From contig JBDIVQ010000001.1 in assembly GCA_039794345.1 (NCBI GenBank), forward strand, positions 31,072-95,071: 64,000 nt of DNA. Reading direction: 5' to 3'. The stretch is from Phycisphaerae bacterium (GTDB taxonomy: Bacteria; Planctomycetota; Phycisphaerae; Phycisphaerales; UBA5793). The notes beneath the pieces are model-generated. The model searched no databases and was not told the DNA's origin. It saw nothing but the letters and a program-made list of their open reading frames with translations. The position numbers were made by a program, and so were the translations under genes. Positions 14,401-24,396 of this stretch are shown piece after piece (position 1 is the stretch's first letter; each line of letters opens with the position of its first letter).

Positions 14401-14853
14401 ATGATCTGGGGGCACTGGCTGCTGGGATTCAAGATGATGATCCTCTCGCTCATCGGCTTCGTAGCTCTTACGGGAATCGTGGTCAACGACTCGCTCATCT
14501 ACATCGAGTTCTACAACGAACTGAAGCGCGGCGGGATGGCGACGCGCGAGGCGCTCATTGAAGCGGGCCGGCGGCGTCTGCGGCCGATCTTCCTGACGAC
14601 GACCACCACCGTGCTGGGACTTTCGCCGCTGATGCTCGAACAGTCCTTCCAGGCGCGGTTCCTCATTCCCATGGCCATCACGATCAGTTGCGGCCTGATC
14701 AGCGCGACGGCGGTCGTCCTCATGGTCCTGCCGAGCATCATCCTCATCGGACACGACCTGGCGGGGGTCGTCAAGTGGCTCTGGTTCGGCGGCCGCATCC
14801 CGACCGAAACCCTTCCGGCGGATCTCGGTCAGACGGCGACAGGGGTCAGGTGA
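11452..14853 (+). CDS. RND efflux permease (AcrB/AcrD/AcrF family)
   Basis: REFFP, YPGASPKEIE, LGLLTDDAIVVAENI, GIVVNDS and RLRPIFLTT motifs; 12-TM pattern. Confidence 0.9.
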   Translation: MTHHDLQGLPDRLTLTTFGVRQPVPANLLYIAIMVLGLLYGTTLRREFFPEVRPNLASITAIYPGASPKEIEEGLILKIEDKIAELDEVVEIRSTIVEGIGTVVVEFRRDIADIDEAVRTVESALNTLTDLPEEAERIRTTKFDPKLQVIQIGLTGEAPEAELKRAIREIKDDLRSLPGMGNIILGGIRAGEISVQVRPEALLKYGLSLPDVSDRVRDWMKEVPGGTIRTGSQNIRVRTLGIEERARAIREIVVKNDDQGALVRLGEIATVSEGFEDVEIRTRLNGRPVATLTAFNVGEGDAVEVAEMVRAYVAGRRGEPLADLRLSDRWNALVNGMAQRGYESQAAEHERRVAAGDAAGAPPAPPTPARSARMQAWELGAARTTPLPGELVLFSDLARFIEGRLDLLTRNAKWGAMLVFLSLLVFLNLRVALWVMLGLILAVLGTLAFMAAIGVTLNLLTMFGLIIVLGLLTDDAIVVAENITARFEKGEPALVAAVRGTGEVAWPVVATVTTTIAAFLPLAMIEGQIGDFLGALPIVVACALSVSLLEAIIILPAHMGHSLARVQRRPRPWIGARILRAFEAKRNAFLFERIVPKFGAVLDWSITHRYITVCTAVAVWIISIGMVVGGRVDFTFFEGTDSETFVVDLAMPVGTSIEKTDAVVRRIERAAAAQPEVRIVMVLAGQRVDLNDYSPLSPQTHVAQLFVELTPVEERDRTSQQIIAAVRRDVGEVPGVESLRYQEVQGGPGGPSINLVATGQDEEKIQAAVAEVRSALAEFAGVVDIGDDADTGQRELQIRLRDGSATLGLTPEFVARQVRGYLFGLEPHTFSIDEEDVDVRVTLDEATRRSLAELERQYVFTPDGRAVPLVEVAELAEGSSYATIRRLDRRRAVTVLADVEPAVNNPERVVAAMMPVLAEIEARYPGVRIEARGRQLETNKSLAGIKYGFLLACVMIYVILAWLFGSYFQPLAVMLAIPFSMIGMIWGHWLLGFKMMILSLIGFVALTGIVVNDSLIYIEFYNELKRGGMATREALIEAGRRRLRPIFLTTTTTVLGLSPLMLEQSFQARFLIPMAITISCGLISATAVVLMVLPSIILIGHDLAGVVKWLWFGGRIPTETLPADLGQTATGVR

Positions 14854-15024
14854 GGTCGTCGGGCGGGTCGTTCGTCCAGAAAAATGTCAGAAATGCAACT
14901 TTTTTCGCCTTCGGCACTGGCGAAGGCGATTCGAGCCTGTATATTCATAGGTGCTGAGATCAGGTAATGGTCCACCCCCCGCGAGGTGGACCGGGACGGA
15001 CTGACCCGGCCAGTGTCAGTCAAA

Positions 15025-15111
15025 TGGGCTCGGTGGGATTCGAACCCACACTCCCCGCAACGGGGACGCGGATTTTAAGTCCGCTGCGTCTGCCGATTCC
15101 GCCACAAGCCC
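15025..15111 (-). tRNA. tRNA-Leu (anticodon UAA)
   Basis: Reverse complement GGGCTTG...CGAGCCC-A; anticodon arm GCGGA-CT-TAA-AA-TCCGC; long variable arm; T-loop GTTCGAATC; CCA not encoded. Confidence 0.95.
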
Positions 15112-15652
15112 AGTCGCTCCGGCATTGTACCGTCCGCCTGCTCGCAAACCCGCAGCACCCTTGCCTCGAATGGGGAACCGCCTCGGCATGTTCGTCGTAT
15201 GGATTGTTACCGCTCGGACCACTGCGCTCTTCGGAGAGCGCTTCCGCGCCTCGCGACGGGCGCGCGGCCAGTCCGAGACCTCGCCGACCCCGCGACGCGG
15301 CGAGAAGAGAGCGGCCCGCCGGCCTCGAGAGTCCAGTGCTGCTCCACCCCGGCATGTGGCACACGCCACTTGCGACGCCGACCGCATTCGGCTACTGTAC
15401 GACCGCCGCCGCGGCGCCGGAGAACACCGGGCGGCATCGAAGGAAAACGACCTTGACTTCCTGCAGGGCGAGAATCACGAACGTGATGCAGCGCAGCGTG
15501 TTGCCCCTGCGGGCCGTCCGCAACCGACCCACCCACCTCCCCGCCCGGACGTTGCCGGGCAGGGCACCCGCATCGTCGATCCGCCTCGGGTTGCAATGAC
15601 CCGGCCTCGTGCGGATCGCGAATCGCATGGCTCTTGAAGAAGGAATGGCGAG

Positions 15653-18600
15653 ATGAAACAGCGCAAGACCCGTCGCCCGTTCGCACGCCCCACCCGTCGT
15701 GCCTCCTCCGCCGCCGCTCCGGTGTTCCAGCCCCTTGAGCCGCGCAAGTTGCTCACGACGCTCTACGCGAATCCCGATCTCGACCTCGGGCAGACGAGCA
15801 TTTTTACCGGCTGGGTGGCCATGCCCGCGTGGTATGCGGGCCAGACGCTCGATGCGGGCTCTGTCGAGGATCGCTCGGTGCGCCTCGTCATCCGCCTCAT
15901 CGACAGCAATCCTTTCTCGACCGCGAGCGTGACGATTCTGGACCTCGCTGGGCACCCTCTCTTCCCATGGATCGGACAGATCGATGAAGGCGGCGGGCTG
16001 ACGACGGACATCACCGTCTCCACAGCCACCGGACCGCAGGAGGGACCCAACGACGGGTTCTGGGGATCGGATGACGATCTTGAGGCGGACGTGTTCGGCC
16101 TCGACAGCGGATACAACCCCGGATGGCGCGTGGCGACTGACACGAATGGTGAGTTCGTTCCCGGCGTGTGGATTCCGGACGGGCTCTTTCATCCGGTCCG
16201 GCAACTGGACTGGCTCGAAGACGAAGAGCGCTGGGACATCGACAATTTCCCGGAGGAGTTCACGCATGTGATCCCTGCGACGGGCTACTGGCACCCCGGT
16301 GCAGACGGCCTCTACGAGACGGAAGACGATGTGCGTGTGCCGCTGATCTTCGGAGTGCCCGGGGCGGGCACGGACGACCGACTGCTCGGAACGGCCGACG
16401 ACGCCTGGGTGAACCTGGTCGCTCCGGACGCGTTCGAAGCGCCCGACACGGAGGACTTCGAACCGCACCTCGTGGATCGCGCCGTTTCGGGCGCGGCGGC
16501 GGACGACGGTATTGCCGATTTCAACAACGGCATCGGCCGAATCATCCTGCGCAACACTTCGATCACCACGCGTCTGGTCTTCTACCTCGTGGACGACTTT
16601 GAGGACCTGACGGAGATCACCGCGCCTTTCTCGGAGCCTGAAGGCGATCGCATCGGCGTGGCGATGAACTCGGACGGCTCGGTCTACCAGGCGCCGGGCA
16701 TGGGGTCGATCATCATCGGCAATCCGACGAACGCCGACTGGACCGTCCACCAGCCGCTGCCGTTCAACGTGATGGCGTTCCTCCCGCCCGGCTTCCAGAC
16801 CTATGACCGGTCGAGCGAGGGCATCATCTTCGAAGATCCTTCGCTCAACGAGACGATGGGACGCGTCTTCGTGGACGGGGCGATCTTCGGCGTTAATCGC
16901 TTTCCCGGCGCCCTCGAGGGCATTCACGCCGGGTTCTTCGGCGGCAAACTGATCGTGGACGGCGACCTTGACGGCCTGGTCATCGTCGGCCATGCCGGCT
17001 ACATCGAAGTGGACGGCGTGCCGACCGATACCCGCGCCGGCGTGACGGTCGGCCGCGTCTTCGGTTCATTCGTCACGGGCGGCAACAACTCGACGTTCGT
17101 GCTGGTGCAGGGCGACTTCGCGCCGGACTCGATCGTGGACAAGCCCTTCCTCCGCTCCGACAAGGTCGTGCTCGAGTACGAGCGCGACATTCACCTCGGA
17201 GTGGAAGAAGATTACGAGGCCGCCTTCGCCGCGGGCAACCAGACCTACATCCTCGACAACGAGGGCGAGACGCCGATTTACCTGCTCAACGACACGTTCG
17301 GAGCGGCCCAGTACATCGGCCGCGAGACGGTGTACACCGTGGTGGCGGGCGTCCTCGGCGCGAGGCCGATCGATGACGAGCACCAGCGGGAGGCGCCTCA
17401 GCCCGGCGACTACTACGACATTTACTCGATCGGTGTCGAGCGAGGGCGCACGCTGCGCGTCCAGATGCCGCTGATCACGCTCGTGACGATCCAGGACGCG
17501 GAGGGCAACATCCTCGCCTCCCGCGGCACGGACGGGACGATCGGCGACATCTTCTTCACGCCGAACCACTCGGGCGTTGTTTACATCGTCATCGAGAACA
17601 CGGGGAATTTCGTCAACCGGGGCTACGGGATGACGGTCTCCAACGGCGCCGCCGCCACCCTCGGCGAAGTCCGTTCCATGGCGAGCCTCACCTACCGATT
17701 CATCGACGGCTCGGCGATTACCACGCAGGTGGGCAGCATCGGCTCGATCCGCGTGGGGCAGGACCGCGGCCCCGACAGCGATGGCGGCGCGCCGTTCATC
17801 GGCAGCGTCCTCATTCAGTCCGGCGAGAACATCTGGAACATCACTTCCGGCGGATTCATCGGCGGGACGGTGAACGACCAGAACCAGCGCATCGGCGCGG
17901 GGATGCTCATCACCGCCCAGGGCGACATCGCCGAGATTCTCGCCGGCTTCGGCCGCGACATCGCGCAAGGCGGAGGCGAGGGGTACCATGGCGGATCGTT
18001 CGGCGCCGTGGCCATCCGCGCCGCCGGCGACATCGGCATCCTGCGCGCCAAGGCGCGCGGCGACCTGCTCAACGAACTCGAGCGCGTCTATGGCGACTTC
18101 GGCGGAATCCTCAACGAGGGCGGCCAGGATGTCTTCTTCACCGACATCCAGGCCGGCGGGTCGATCGGCGTCATCAGCGCCGAGAACCGCATCCTTGAAG
18201 ATCCCGATCCGAGCCGCGGCGTGCGCATCGCCGTCGGATCCGGCGAATACGTGGACCTTCTCGAAGCCGGCGCCATGCCGGTGGTCAACTTCGACCTGGA
18301 AGCGGGCGTCGGCGACGCGGGGGTGAGCGGCGGTCAGGCGATCATCAACACCGGCCTGGGCGGCAACGTGCGGTTCTTCCGCGCGCCGTACATCTGGGGC
18401 AACGGCGTTGACGACAACACCCTCCTCGTCACCTCCGGGCAGACGCTGCAACTCATCGACGACTCCGGCGCCATCTTCACCGTGCGCGTCACCGGAACCG
18501 GCTCCATCGCCGCCGTGCGAACCCACGCGGTGCAGAGTTCGGTCGGCGTGGCGACGGCCCGCATCACCGCCGTGCTCGGCAACGCCGGGCGCCTCATCAT

Positions 18601-21600
18601 CACCAACAACTCGGGCAACGTCGAGATCGGCGACGTCATCGTCTCCGGCGCGCCCAACGGCCGCGTCACCTTCGACGGCAGCGGGCGCACGGACGTCTAT
18701 CTCGTCCGCGCCTTCGGCGGCATCGACGTCATCGAGAATCGCACGACCGGCGACATCGTCGCCATTGATACGGACGGCGTGGACCAGGTCCGGCTCAGCG
18801 GAAACCTGGGCCGCACCTTCACCTCCACCAACGTCGGGCCGAAACTGCTGCTCGGCCCCGCGTACGGCGTGGTGGTCGGCCTCGAGTCCGAACTCGGCGA
18901 TGCGCTCCAGTACGACTCGACGCGCCTGGGCAGCGGCGGCGATCCGTACCTCGCGGGCGCGCCGTTCAACCAGTGGCTCAACGGGCTGGCGGTCCGCGCT
19001 TCCGGCGGCTTCGGGAGCGTCGGACTGATTCGCGTGGACGGTACGATCGTTGACGTCTACTCCGAGATCAACATCGGCCGGATCATGGCCAACGCGGACA
19101 ACAGCACCCCCTTCGGCGACTTCCACGGCGTCGAAGGCACGGTCTACACCCCCGGCTTCCTCAGCCGCATCGACCTCGGCGACGGGCTGGTGGACTCGCT
19201 CTCCGGCCCGTTCATCGACGGACTGATCGCGGTGGGCGAGACGCTCAGCCGCGTCGAGATTCGCGGCGAGGGGCACGACATTCTCGGCACGATTCTCGCC
19301 CGCGGCGTGACGACGGGGCTGGGAATCTCCCGCGTGAACGCCACGCAGGGCGCGGAGATCATCGGGGCCCACATCTCGACGAACCACCTCGACAGCTTCT
19401 TCCTCAATCCGAACCCGGATTCGGGCGACACCGGCTCCAGCCCGATCTCGGACATCACCCGCATCATGGTGAACGGCGGGAGCATCATCAACAGCACCAT
19501 CGCCGGGTTCGACGTCAACCAGATCAACATCAAGAACGGCCTGTGGGATTCGAACCGCCTGCGCGTGGACAGCAATCTCAACATCGTCCGGGCCGACGAG
19601 TTCGTCTTCCGTTACGCGACGGAGGGGGGCGAGAACCTCATCACGGTGGCCCGCAACTTCAACCGGCTCGAAACGCAGGGACGGCGCGGCGACATCACCG
19701 ATCTGACGGTGGACGTCATCGGCGACATGACCAACCTCCGCGCCAACTCGCTCGTGCGCATCAGCATCGACGTGGACCAGATGCTGCGCACGGTCGATGC
19801 GCGCGACCGCATGGTTTCTTCGCTCTTCCGCGCCGGCACGGTCACCAACTTCAACGCGATGAACGATATCACGCGCGTGACCTTCACGGCGGCGGGGCCG
19901 GTCAACACCTTCCGCTCACGCAACAGTTCCATCACGCGCCTCGACTTTACGATCGACGGACCCGACGGGCGGCTCAACACGCTCGACGCCCGCACCTCGA
20001 TCACGGGCGACATCCGCGTCTCGGGCGAGATCAAGAAGATCCAGACGCGCGACGGCGACATCATCGGCTCCATCGAGACGTTCTCGGGCGACGGCATCAT
20101 CCGGCGCCTGCAATCCGGCCGCGATCTCATCCTTGACATCGACGCCGACAACGACGTGGACCAGATCACCGTCGGCCGCAACTTCAGCGGGCTCGACGAC
20201 GAGTCGCTCAAGTTCCGCGGCGACCTCCGCAACCTGGACGTGCGGAACGGCACGTTTGACGGGCGCATCATCGTCGAAGGGTCGATCACGGGCAACTTCA
20301 CGCTGGGCGCCTTCGCTGCGGGCAGCGAGATCGTCTCGCGGGGCAGCATCACCGGCATCGACATCGACAGCGACGTCGACGGGCGGATCATCAGTTACAC
20401 GGACGGCATCCGGCGCCTCGACATCGACGGCACCTTCACCGGCAGCATCGCCGCCCGCAACGGAACGATCGACAACCTCACGATCGCCGGCGATGTCGCC
20501 GGCACGGTCCATGCCGACGAAGGCATTCGCACGATGACCATCCGCGCGGCGGCGGGGCTCGGCGGCGGCAGCGGCAACCTGACCGGCGCCATCACCACCG
20601 ACGTGAACATCGACCGGCTCGACATCGCCGGCGACGTGAACGGCGGACGCATCATGGCGCTCATCGACCTGCGCAGCGTCCTCGTGCGCGGCAACGTCAC
20701 CAACGCCATCATCGGCGCCGGGGAGCACGTGACGCGCCTGGACGTTGACGGCAACGTCGACGCCTCCTTCATCATCGGCGGCCTCGAGTCGCTCGGCGAC
20801 GACAACGCGCTGGGCGGCCAGGCGACCAATGCCGACACCTTCTCGAGCGGACAGGTGGACGCGGTCAACATCCGCGGCGGAATCAACAACGTCGTCATCG
20901 CCGCGGGCGTTCGCTCCGGCTCGGACGGCTACGCCACGCCGGACGCGACGACCGATCTCGCCCCCGGCCTGAGCAACGTGAACAACGTGCGGGTGGACGG
21001 TGCGGCTTCCGGGACGAACCGCATCATCGCCGACACGACACTCGGGTCGATCTTCGTGGACGGGACGCAGCGGACCATCGGCGCCCCCGGCGCCAACATG
21101 GTGCTCGTCGAACTCGATCCCGCCCCGCTCAACAACGGCGGGACGACGTTCACCGAGGCCGGAGCCGTCGTCTTCACCGACAGCGACGGCGATGAGATCA
21201 CCCTCTCGATGCGCGGCCCCGGCGAGGGCATGTACCTGCTCTCGGGCGGCGGCAGCGGCAACCTTACGGGCCTGGTCTTCAACGGCACCGCCTCCAACAC
21301 GAACGTGGATATCAAGGTCACCAGCGCGACCGGCAACGGCCGCGTCGATCTCGACAACGTCCACATTCAGTTCGCCGATGACACCGACCTGGGCAATCTG
21401 ACGGTCGAAGGCAACATCGACGGCTCCGACGCGATCACCATCGACGGCGCCGTGAACACGATCACGCTCCGCACGGTGAACACGAGCGGAACGATCGCCG
21501 TGGGCGGCGAAGCCCGCCGCGTCGTCGTTGACGGCGTGACGGCCGGATCCTTCGTCGTCACCCGGTTCACCACCCTCGACGTGCTTTCCGGAGGTTTCGG

Positions 21601-24268
21601 CGGCTCGATCTTCAGCGAAGTGGTCGGAACGGTCAACGTCCGCAACGGCGTGCTCAGCGGCGTCATCTGGGGACGCGACTCCATCGGCACGATCAACAAC
21701 AACTCGACCGGCGCCGTGATGGACCGTGCGTCCATCTCGACGCGCGGTTCAATTCAGGCGATCAATGCCGCGACCGTCCAGAATGTCACCCTCATCTCCG
21801 CGGGCGACCTCATCCAGAATGTCAACATCTCCGGCGATCTGGTCGAATCGGAGATTCACGCGGGACTGTCGCTCGGTTCCGACGGCCGCTACGGCGGGAC
21901 GGGAGCCGCGGCGGACCTCCTCACGGCCGGCACGATCGAAAGCGTGCGCATTCAGGGCTCGTTCGTCCGCAGCGCCATCACGGCGGGGGTCACGCGCGGC
22001 AAGGACCAGTTCTACGGGACAGCGGATGACCTGGGCTCGCAGGGCTTCGGCATGCTCCGACGCGTGGAGATCACGGGCTCGGTCATCGGCTCGAACTTCA
22101 ACAGCCAGAGTTACGGCTTCAGCGGCAGCGCCCTGGTCGAATCCGTCCGCGTCGGCGGGCAGGACTTCACCCAGCAGGGCAACGTCCGCCGCACGGCCGT
22201 GAACGCCACGCCGCTGCCGCTCATCGTCGAGCGTCTGCGAACGCGGCTCGAGGCGGAGACGTTCTACATCGACATCTTCTTCAACGAGGAAGTCGATGTC
22301 TCCACGATCCTGCTCGATCCGAACAACCCGCAGGCGGAGTCGGCGATCTCCTTCGAGAACCCGATCGATCCGAACGGCGTGATCCCCACGCCCAACGATT
22401 CGTACGACATCCTTTATGACCGCGTCGAACGGCGCGCGACGGTTCGGTTCACCCGCGCCTTCTCGCGCGAGAACCCGGGCATCTACACCCTGGTGATCGA
22501 CGGCCAGGCGATCCGCTCGGTGACGAACATCGGCCTTGATGCGAACCGCGATGGCGTGGTCGGCGACGACTACCAGCGCAACTTCATCATCGGCGACGCG
22601 GGCGACCGCACCGAGGCGGGAACCTGGGATCCCGACAACGATCCGAACACCAACAACACCGTGGACTTCGCGGGGGCGACCCGGCTCGACCTGCTCATGG
22701 ACGACCTCGTGAGCGGCACGGGCACGAAGAACCACCACGTCAGCTTCATCGGGCAGATCGGCGACCATCCGGACACCGAGTCGTTCTACTTCCCGCAGAA
22801 GTTTGACATGGACGTCTTCGTCATCTCTCTGTCTGCGGGCGACGTCTTCCAGGCTTCGCTCACGTCGTTCCTTTCCGGCTCGCCTTTCGTGGGGTCGCTC
22901 ACGCTTCGCGACGACGCGGGCCAGATCGTCGTCAACGAGGCGACGCTGGCGGCGGGCTTCGTCGAGACCAACGGCGGCGTCTACTACCTCACCATCGGCG
23001 GCACGGCGATCACCGGCACGGCCCCTCCGGGCACTGCCGACATCATCGACATCTCCAACAACACGGGGATGTTCACTCTGCCGATTCCCGTTCTGCCCAT
23101 CAATCCCAACGATGTCGCCAACGACATCGGCAACTACGAACTCAATCTGCTCATCTTCAACGACGGCAACACCGGGTTCAGCATTGCCGATGAGACCGAA
23201 CTCCTCGACGGGCAGCCGCTCGTCTTCGAGGGCTTCCTCGGCTTTGACAACAACGGCATCGTCTCCCAGCCGCTCTCCGACGCCGATGTCTTCGACATCA
23301 GCCGCGTCCGCCTCGCGGACAACACGCTGCTGACGCAACTTGAAGAGGGCATGACGGTCACGGTCACCCTTCGTCTCTCGCAGGTGGGCGGCAACCTGGG
23401 CAGCCGGTACGAAGTCGGACTCTTCCAGACGACGGAGACGATCGGCATCTCTGATGGTCTGCTCATGGGCGCCCCGGGGCCGGACGACACGCCCGGTGCG
23501 GGCGGAAACGCCTCCGACCAGACCTTCACCTTCCAGATTCCCGAGGCCGGAACCTACGCCGTCATGGTCCAGGGCAGCCTGATGTCCAACTACGAGTTGA
23601 TCATCACGGTTGACACGGGCACGCAGGGCGACCGCCTCAGCACCCCCTACGAGCAGAACGTCCTCATCGAACTCAACGGCGGGTTCGCCCACTGGTTCGG
23701 CATCGAGGGCTCAACGCTCGATGAGTTCAACGTCGAGATTCTCGGTTTCGGCGGCTTCGAGGCCCAGATCATCTCCACCATCATTGACGAGGTGACGCAG
23801 GACTTCGAGGATGCCGGCGTCACCGTCAACGTGAGCACGAACCCGGCCGACTTCGTCGGCGAGGACTTCACGACGGTGTTCCTCACGTCGTCGCTGGCGG
23901 CCCCGGGGCTGCTCGGCATCGCGCAGACGCTCGACCCGCAGAACCAGAGCAAGAACGATGAGGCCATCGTCTTCGTACAGGGCTTCGCCGGCTTCTTCGC
24001 CCCGGGACAGGTCACGGATCTCGCCCTCGCCCTCGCCCACACCATCAGCCACGAAGTCGGCCACACGCTCGGCCTGCGGCACGTCCGCTCGCCCGGCCTC
24101 GGCCCCTTCGCGATGATGGACGGCTTCGCGGATCCGTATTACAACTACGCCTGGCTCGGCGACCTCAACGATCCCTACGGTTCCGCCTACCGCCTTGGCG
24201 ACGGGTGGTTCTTCGGGATCGAGAACGAACGCCACCTGCTCAACCTCATCTTCGACACCGAGGCCTGA
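15653..24268 (+). CDS. Giant (2871 aa) planctomycete extracellular protein with C-terminal metzincin-type Zn motif
   Basis: Basic N-terminus plus LEPRKLL; GxD-x(2-4)-T-x-DD acidic repeats; long Ile/Val/Gly/Asn beta-rich core; DANRDG loop; PPC-like segments; HEVGHTLGLRH near the C-terminus. Confidence 0.85.
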   Translation: MKQRKTRRPFARPTRRASSAAAPVFQPLEPRKLLTTLYANPDLDLGQTSIFTGWVAMPAWYAGQTLDAGSVEDRSVRLVIRLIDSNPFSTASVTILDLAGHPLFPWIGQIDEGGGLTTDITVSTATGPQEGPNDGFWGSDDDLEADVFGLDSGYNPGWRVATDTNGEFVPGVWIPDGLFHPVRQLDWLEDEERWDIDNFPEEFTHVIPATGYWHPGADGLYETEDDVRVPLIFGVPGAGTDDRLLGTADDAWVNLVAPDAFEAPDTEDFEPHLVDRAVSGAAADDGIADFNNGIGRIILRNTSITTRLVFYLVDDFEDLTEITAPFSEPEGDRIGVAMNSDGSVYQAPGMGSIIIGNPTNADWTVHQPLPFNVMAFLPPGFQTYDRSSEGIIFEDPSLNETMGRVFVDGAIFGVNRFPGALEGIHAGFFGGKLIVDGDLDGLVIVGHAGYIEVDGVPTDTRAGVTVGRVFGSFVTGGNNSTFVLVQGDFAPDSIVDKPFLRSDKVVLEYERDIHLGVEEDYEAAFAAGNQTYILDNEGETPIYLLNDTFGAAQYIGRETVYTVVAGVLGARPIDDEHQREAPQPGDYYDIYSIGVERGRTLRVQMPLITLVTIQDAEGNILASRGTDGTIGDIFFTPNHSGVVYIVIENTGNFVNRGYGMTVSNGAAATLGEVRSMASLTYRFIDGSAITTQVGSIGSIRVGQDRGPDSDGGAPFIGSVLIQSGENIWNITSGGFIGGTVNDQNQRIGAGMLITAQGDIAEILAGFGRDIAQGGGEGYHGGSFGAVAIRAAGDIGILRAKARGDLLNELERVYGDFGGILNEGGQDVFFTDIQAGGSIGVISAENRILEDPDPSRGVRIAVGSGEYVDLLEAGAMPVVNFDLEAGVGDAGVSGGQAIINTGLGGNVRFFRAPYIWGNGVDDNTLLVTSGQTLQLIDDSGAIFTVRVTGTGSIAAVRTHAVQSSVGVATARITAVLGNAGRLIITNNSGNVEIGDVIVSGAPNGRVTFDGSGRTDVYLVRAFGGIDVIENRTTGDIVAIDTDGVDQVRLSGNLGRTFTSTNVGPKLLLGPAYGVVVGLESELGDALQYDSTRLGSGGDPYLAGAPFNQWLNGLAVRASGGFGSVGLIRVDGTIVDVYSEINIGRIMANADNSTPFGDFHGVEGTVYTPGFLSRIDLGDGLVDSLSGPFIDGLIAVGETLSRVEIRGEGHDILGTILARGVTTGLGISRVNATQGAEIIGAHISTNHLDSFFLNPNPDSGDTGSSPISDITRIMVNGGSIINSTIAGFDVNQINIKNGLWDSNRLRVDSNLNIVRADEFVFRYATEGGENLITVARNFNRLETQGRRGDITDLTVDVIGDMTNLRANSLVRISIDVDQMLRTVDARDRMVSSLFRAGTVTNFNAMNDITRVTFTAAGPVNTFRSRNSSITRLDFTIDGPDGRLNTLDARTSITGDIRVSGEIKKIQTRDGDIIGSIETFSGDGIIRRLQSGRDLILDIDADNDVDQITVGRNFSGLDDESLKFRGDLRNLDVRNGTFDGRIIVEGSITGNFTLGAFAAGSEIVSRGSITGIDIDSDVDGRIISYTDGIRRLDIDGTFTGSIAARNGTIDNLTIAGDVAGTVHADEGIRTMTIRAAAGLGGGSGNLTGAITTDVNIDRLDIAGDVNGGRIMALIDLRSVLVRGNVTNAIIGAGEHVTRLDVDGNVDASFIIGGLESLGDDNALGGQATNADTFSSGQVDAVNIRGGINNVVIAAGVRSGSDGYATPDATTDLAPGLSNVNNVRVDGAASGTNRIIADTTLGSIFVDGTQRTIGAPGANMVLVELDPAPLNNGGTTFTEAGAVVFTDSDGDEITLSMRGPGEGMYLLSGGGSGNLTGLVFNGTASNTNVDIKVTSATGNGRVDLDNVHIQFADDTDLGNLTVEGNIDGSDAITIDGAVNTITLRTVNTSGTIAVGGEARRVVVDGVTAGSFVVTRFTTLDVLSGGFGGSIFSEVVGTVNVRNGVLSGVIWGRDSIGTINNNSTGAVMDRASISTRGSIQAINAATVQNVTLISAGDLIQNVNISGDLVESEIHAGLSLGSDGRYGGTGAAADLLTAGTIESVRIQGSFVRSAITAGVTRGKDQFYGTADDLGSQGFGMLRRVEITGSVIGSNFNSQSYGFSGSALVESVRVGGQDFTQQGNVRRTAVNATPLPLIVERLRTRLEAETFYIDIFFNEEVDVSTILLDPNNPQAESAISFENPIDPNGVIPTPNDSYDILYDRVERRATVRFTRAFSRENPGIYTLVIDGQAIRSVTNIGLDANRDGVVGDDYQRNFIIGDAGDRTEAGTWDPDNDPNTNNTVDFAGATRLDLLMDDLVSGTGTKNHHVSFIGQIGDHPDTESFYFPQKFDMDVFVISLSAGDVFQASLTSFLSGSPFVGSLTLRDDAGQIVVNEATLAAGFVETNGGVYYLTIGGTAITGTAPPGTADIIDISNNTGMFTLPIPVLPINPNDVANDIGNYELNLLIFNDGNTGFSIADETELLDGQPLVFEGFLGFDNNGIVSQPLSDADVFDISRVRLADNTLLTQLEEGMTVTVTLRLSQVGGNLGSRYEVGLFQTTETIGISDGLLMGAPGPDDTPGAGGNASDQTFTFQIPEAGTYAVMVQGSLMSNYELIITVDTGTQGDRLSTPYEQNVLIELNGGFAHWFGIEGSTLDEFNVEILGFGGFEAQIISTIIDEVTQDFEDAGVTVNVSTNPADFVGEDFTTVFLTSSLAAPGLLGIAQTLDPQNQSKNDEAIVFVQGFAGFFAPGQVTDLALALAHTISHEVGHTLGLRHVRSPGLGPFAMMDGFADPYYNYAWLGDLNDPYGSAYRLGDGWFFGIENERHLLNLIFDTEA

Positions 24269-24309
24269 GGCGCTCGGAGTCGGGAAGAGCGGCATTCGCG
24301 CATCCCCAG

Positions 24310-24345
24310 ACAGGCCGGCCCGGCAACGGGTCGGCCTGTTTCATT
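24310..24345 (+). terminator. Intrinsic terminator between convergent genes
   Basis: 13-bp stem ACAGGCCGGCCCG/CGGGTCGGCCTGT (one G-T pair), GCAA loop, followed by TTCATT. Confidence 0.7.
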
Positions 24346-24396
24346 CCGTTCTGACCCGACCGAAGGCCCGCCGCGCTGCGCTGCGCGCCGATCCGC

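Noticed and set aside
14950-14970. TPP riboswitch-like words (GGTGCTGAGA, CAGGTAATG)
   Set aside because: The intervening ACCC...GAACCTGA core and P2-P5 spacing are missing, and no thiamine gene lies downstream.
15025-15111. tRNA-Leu as an integration site for an island
   Set aside because: I saw no duplicated tRNA 3' end and no integrase in the window, and the flanking genes have host-like composition.
15357-15373. sigma54 promoter upstream of the giant exoprotein (TGGCAC...TTGC)
   Set aside because: Spacing is N7, whereas -24/-12 promoters require N5.
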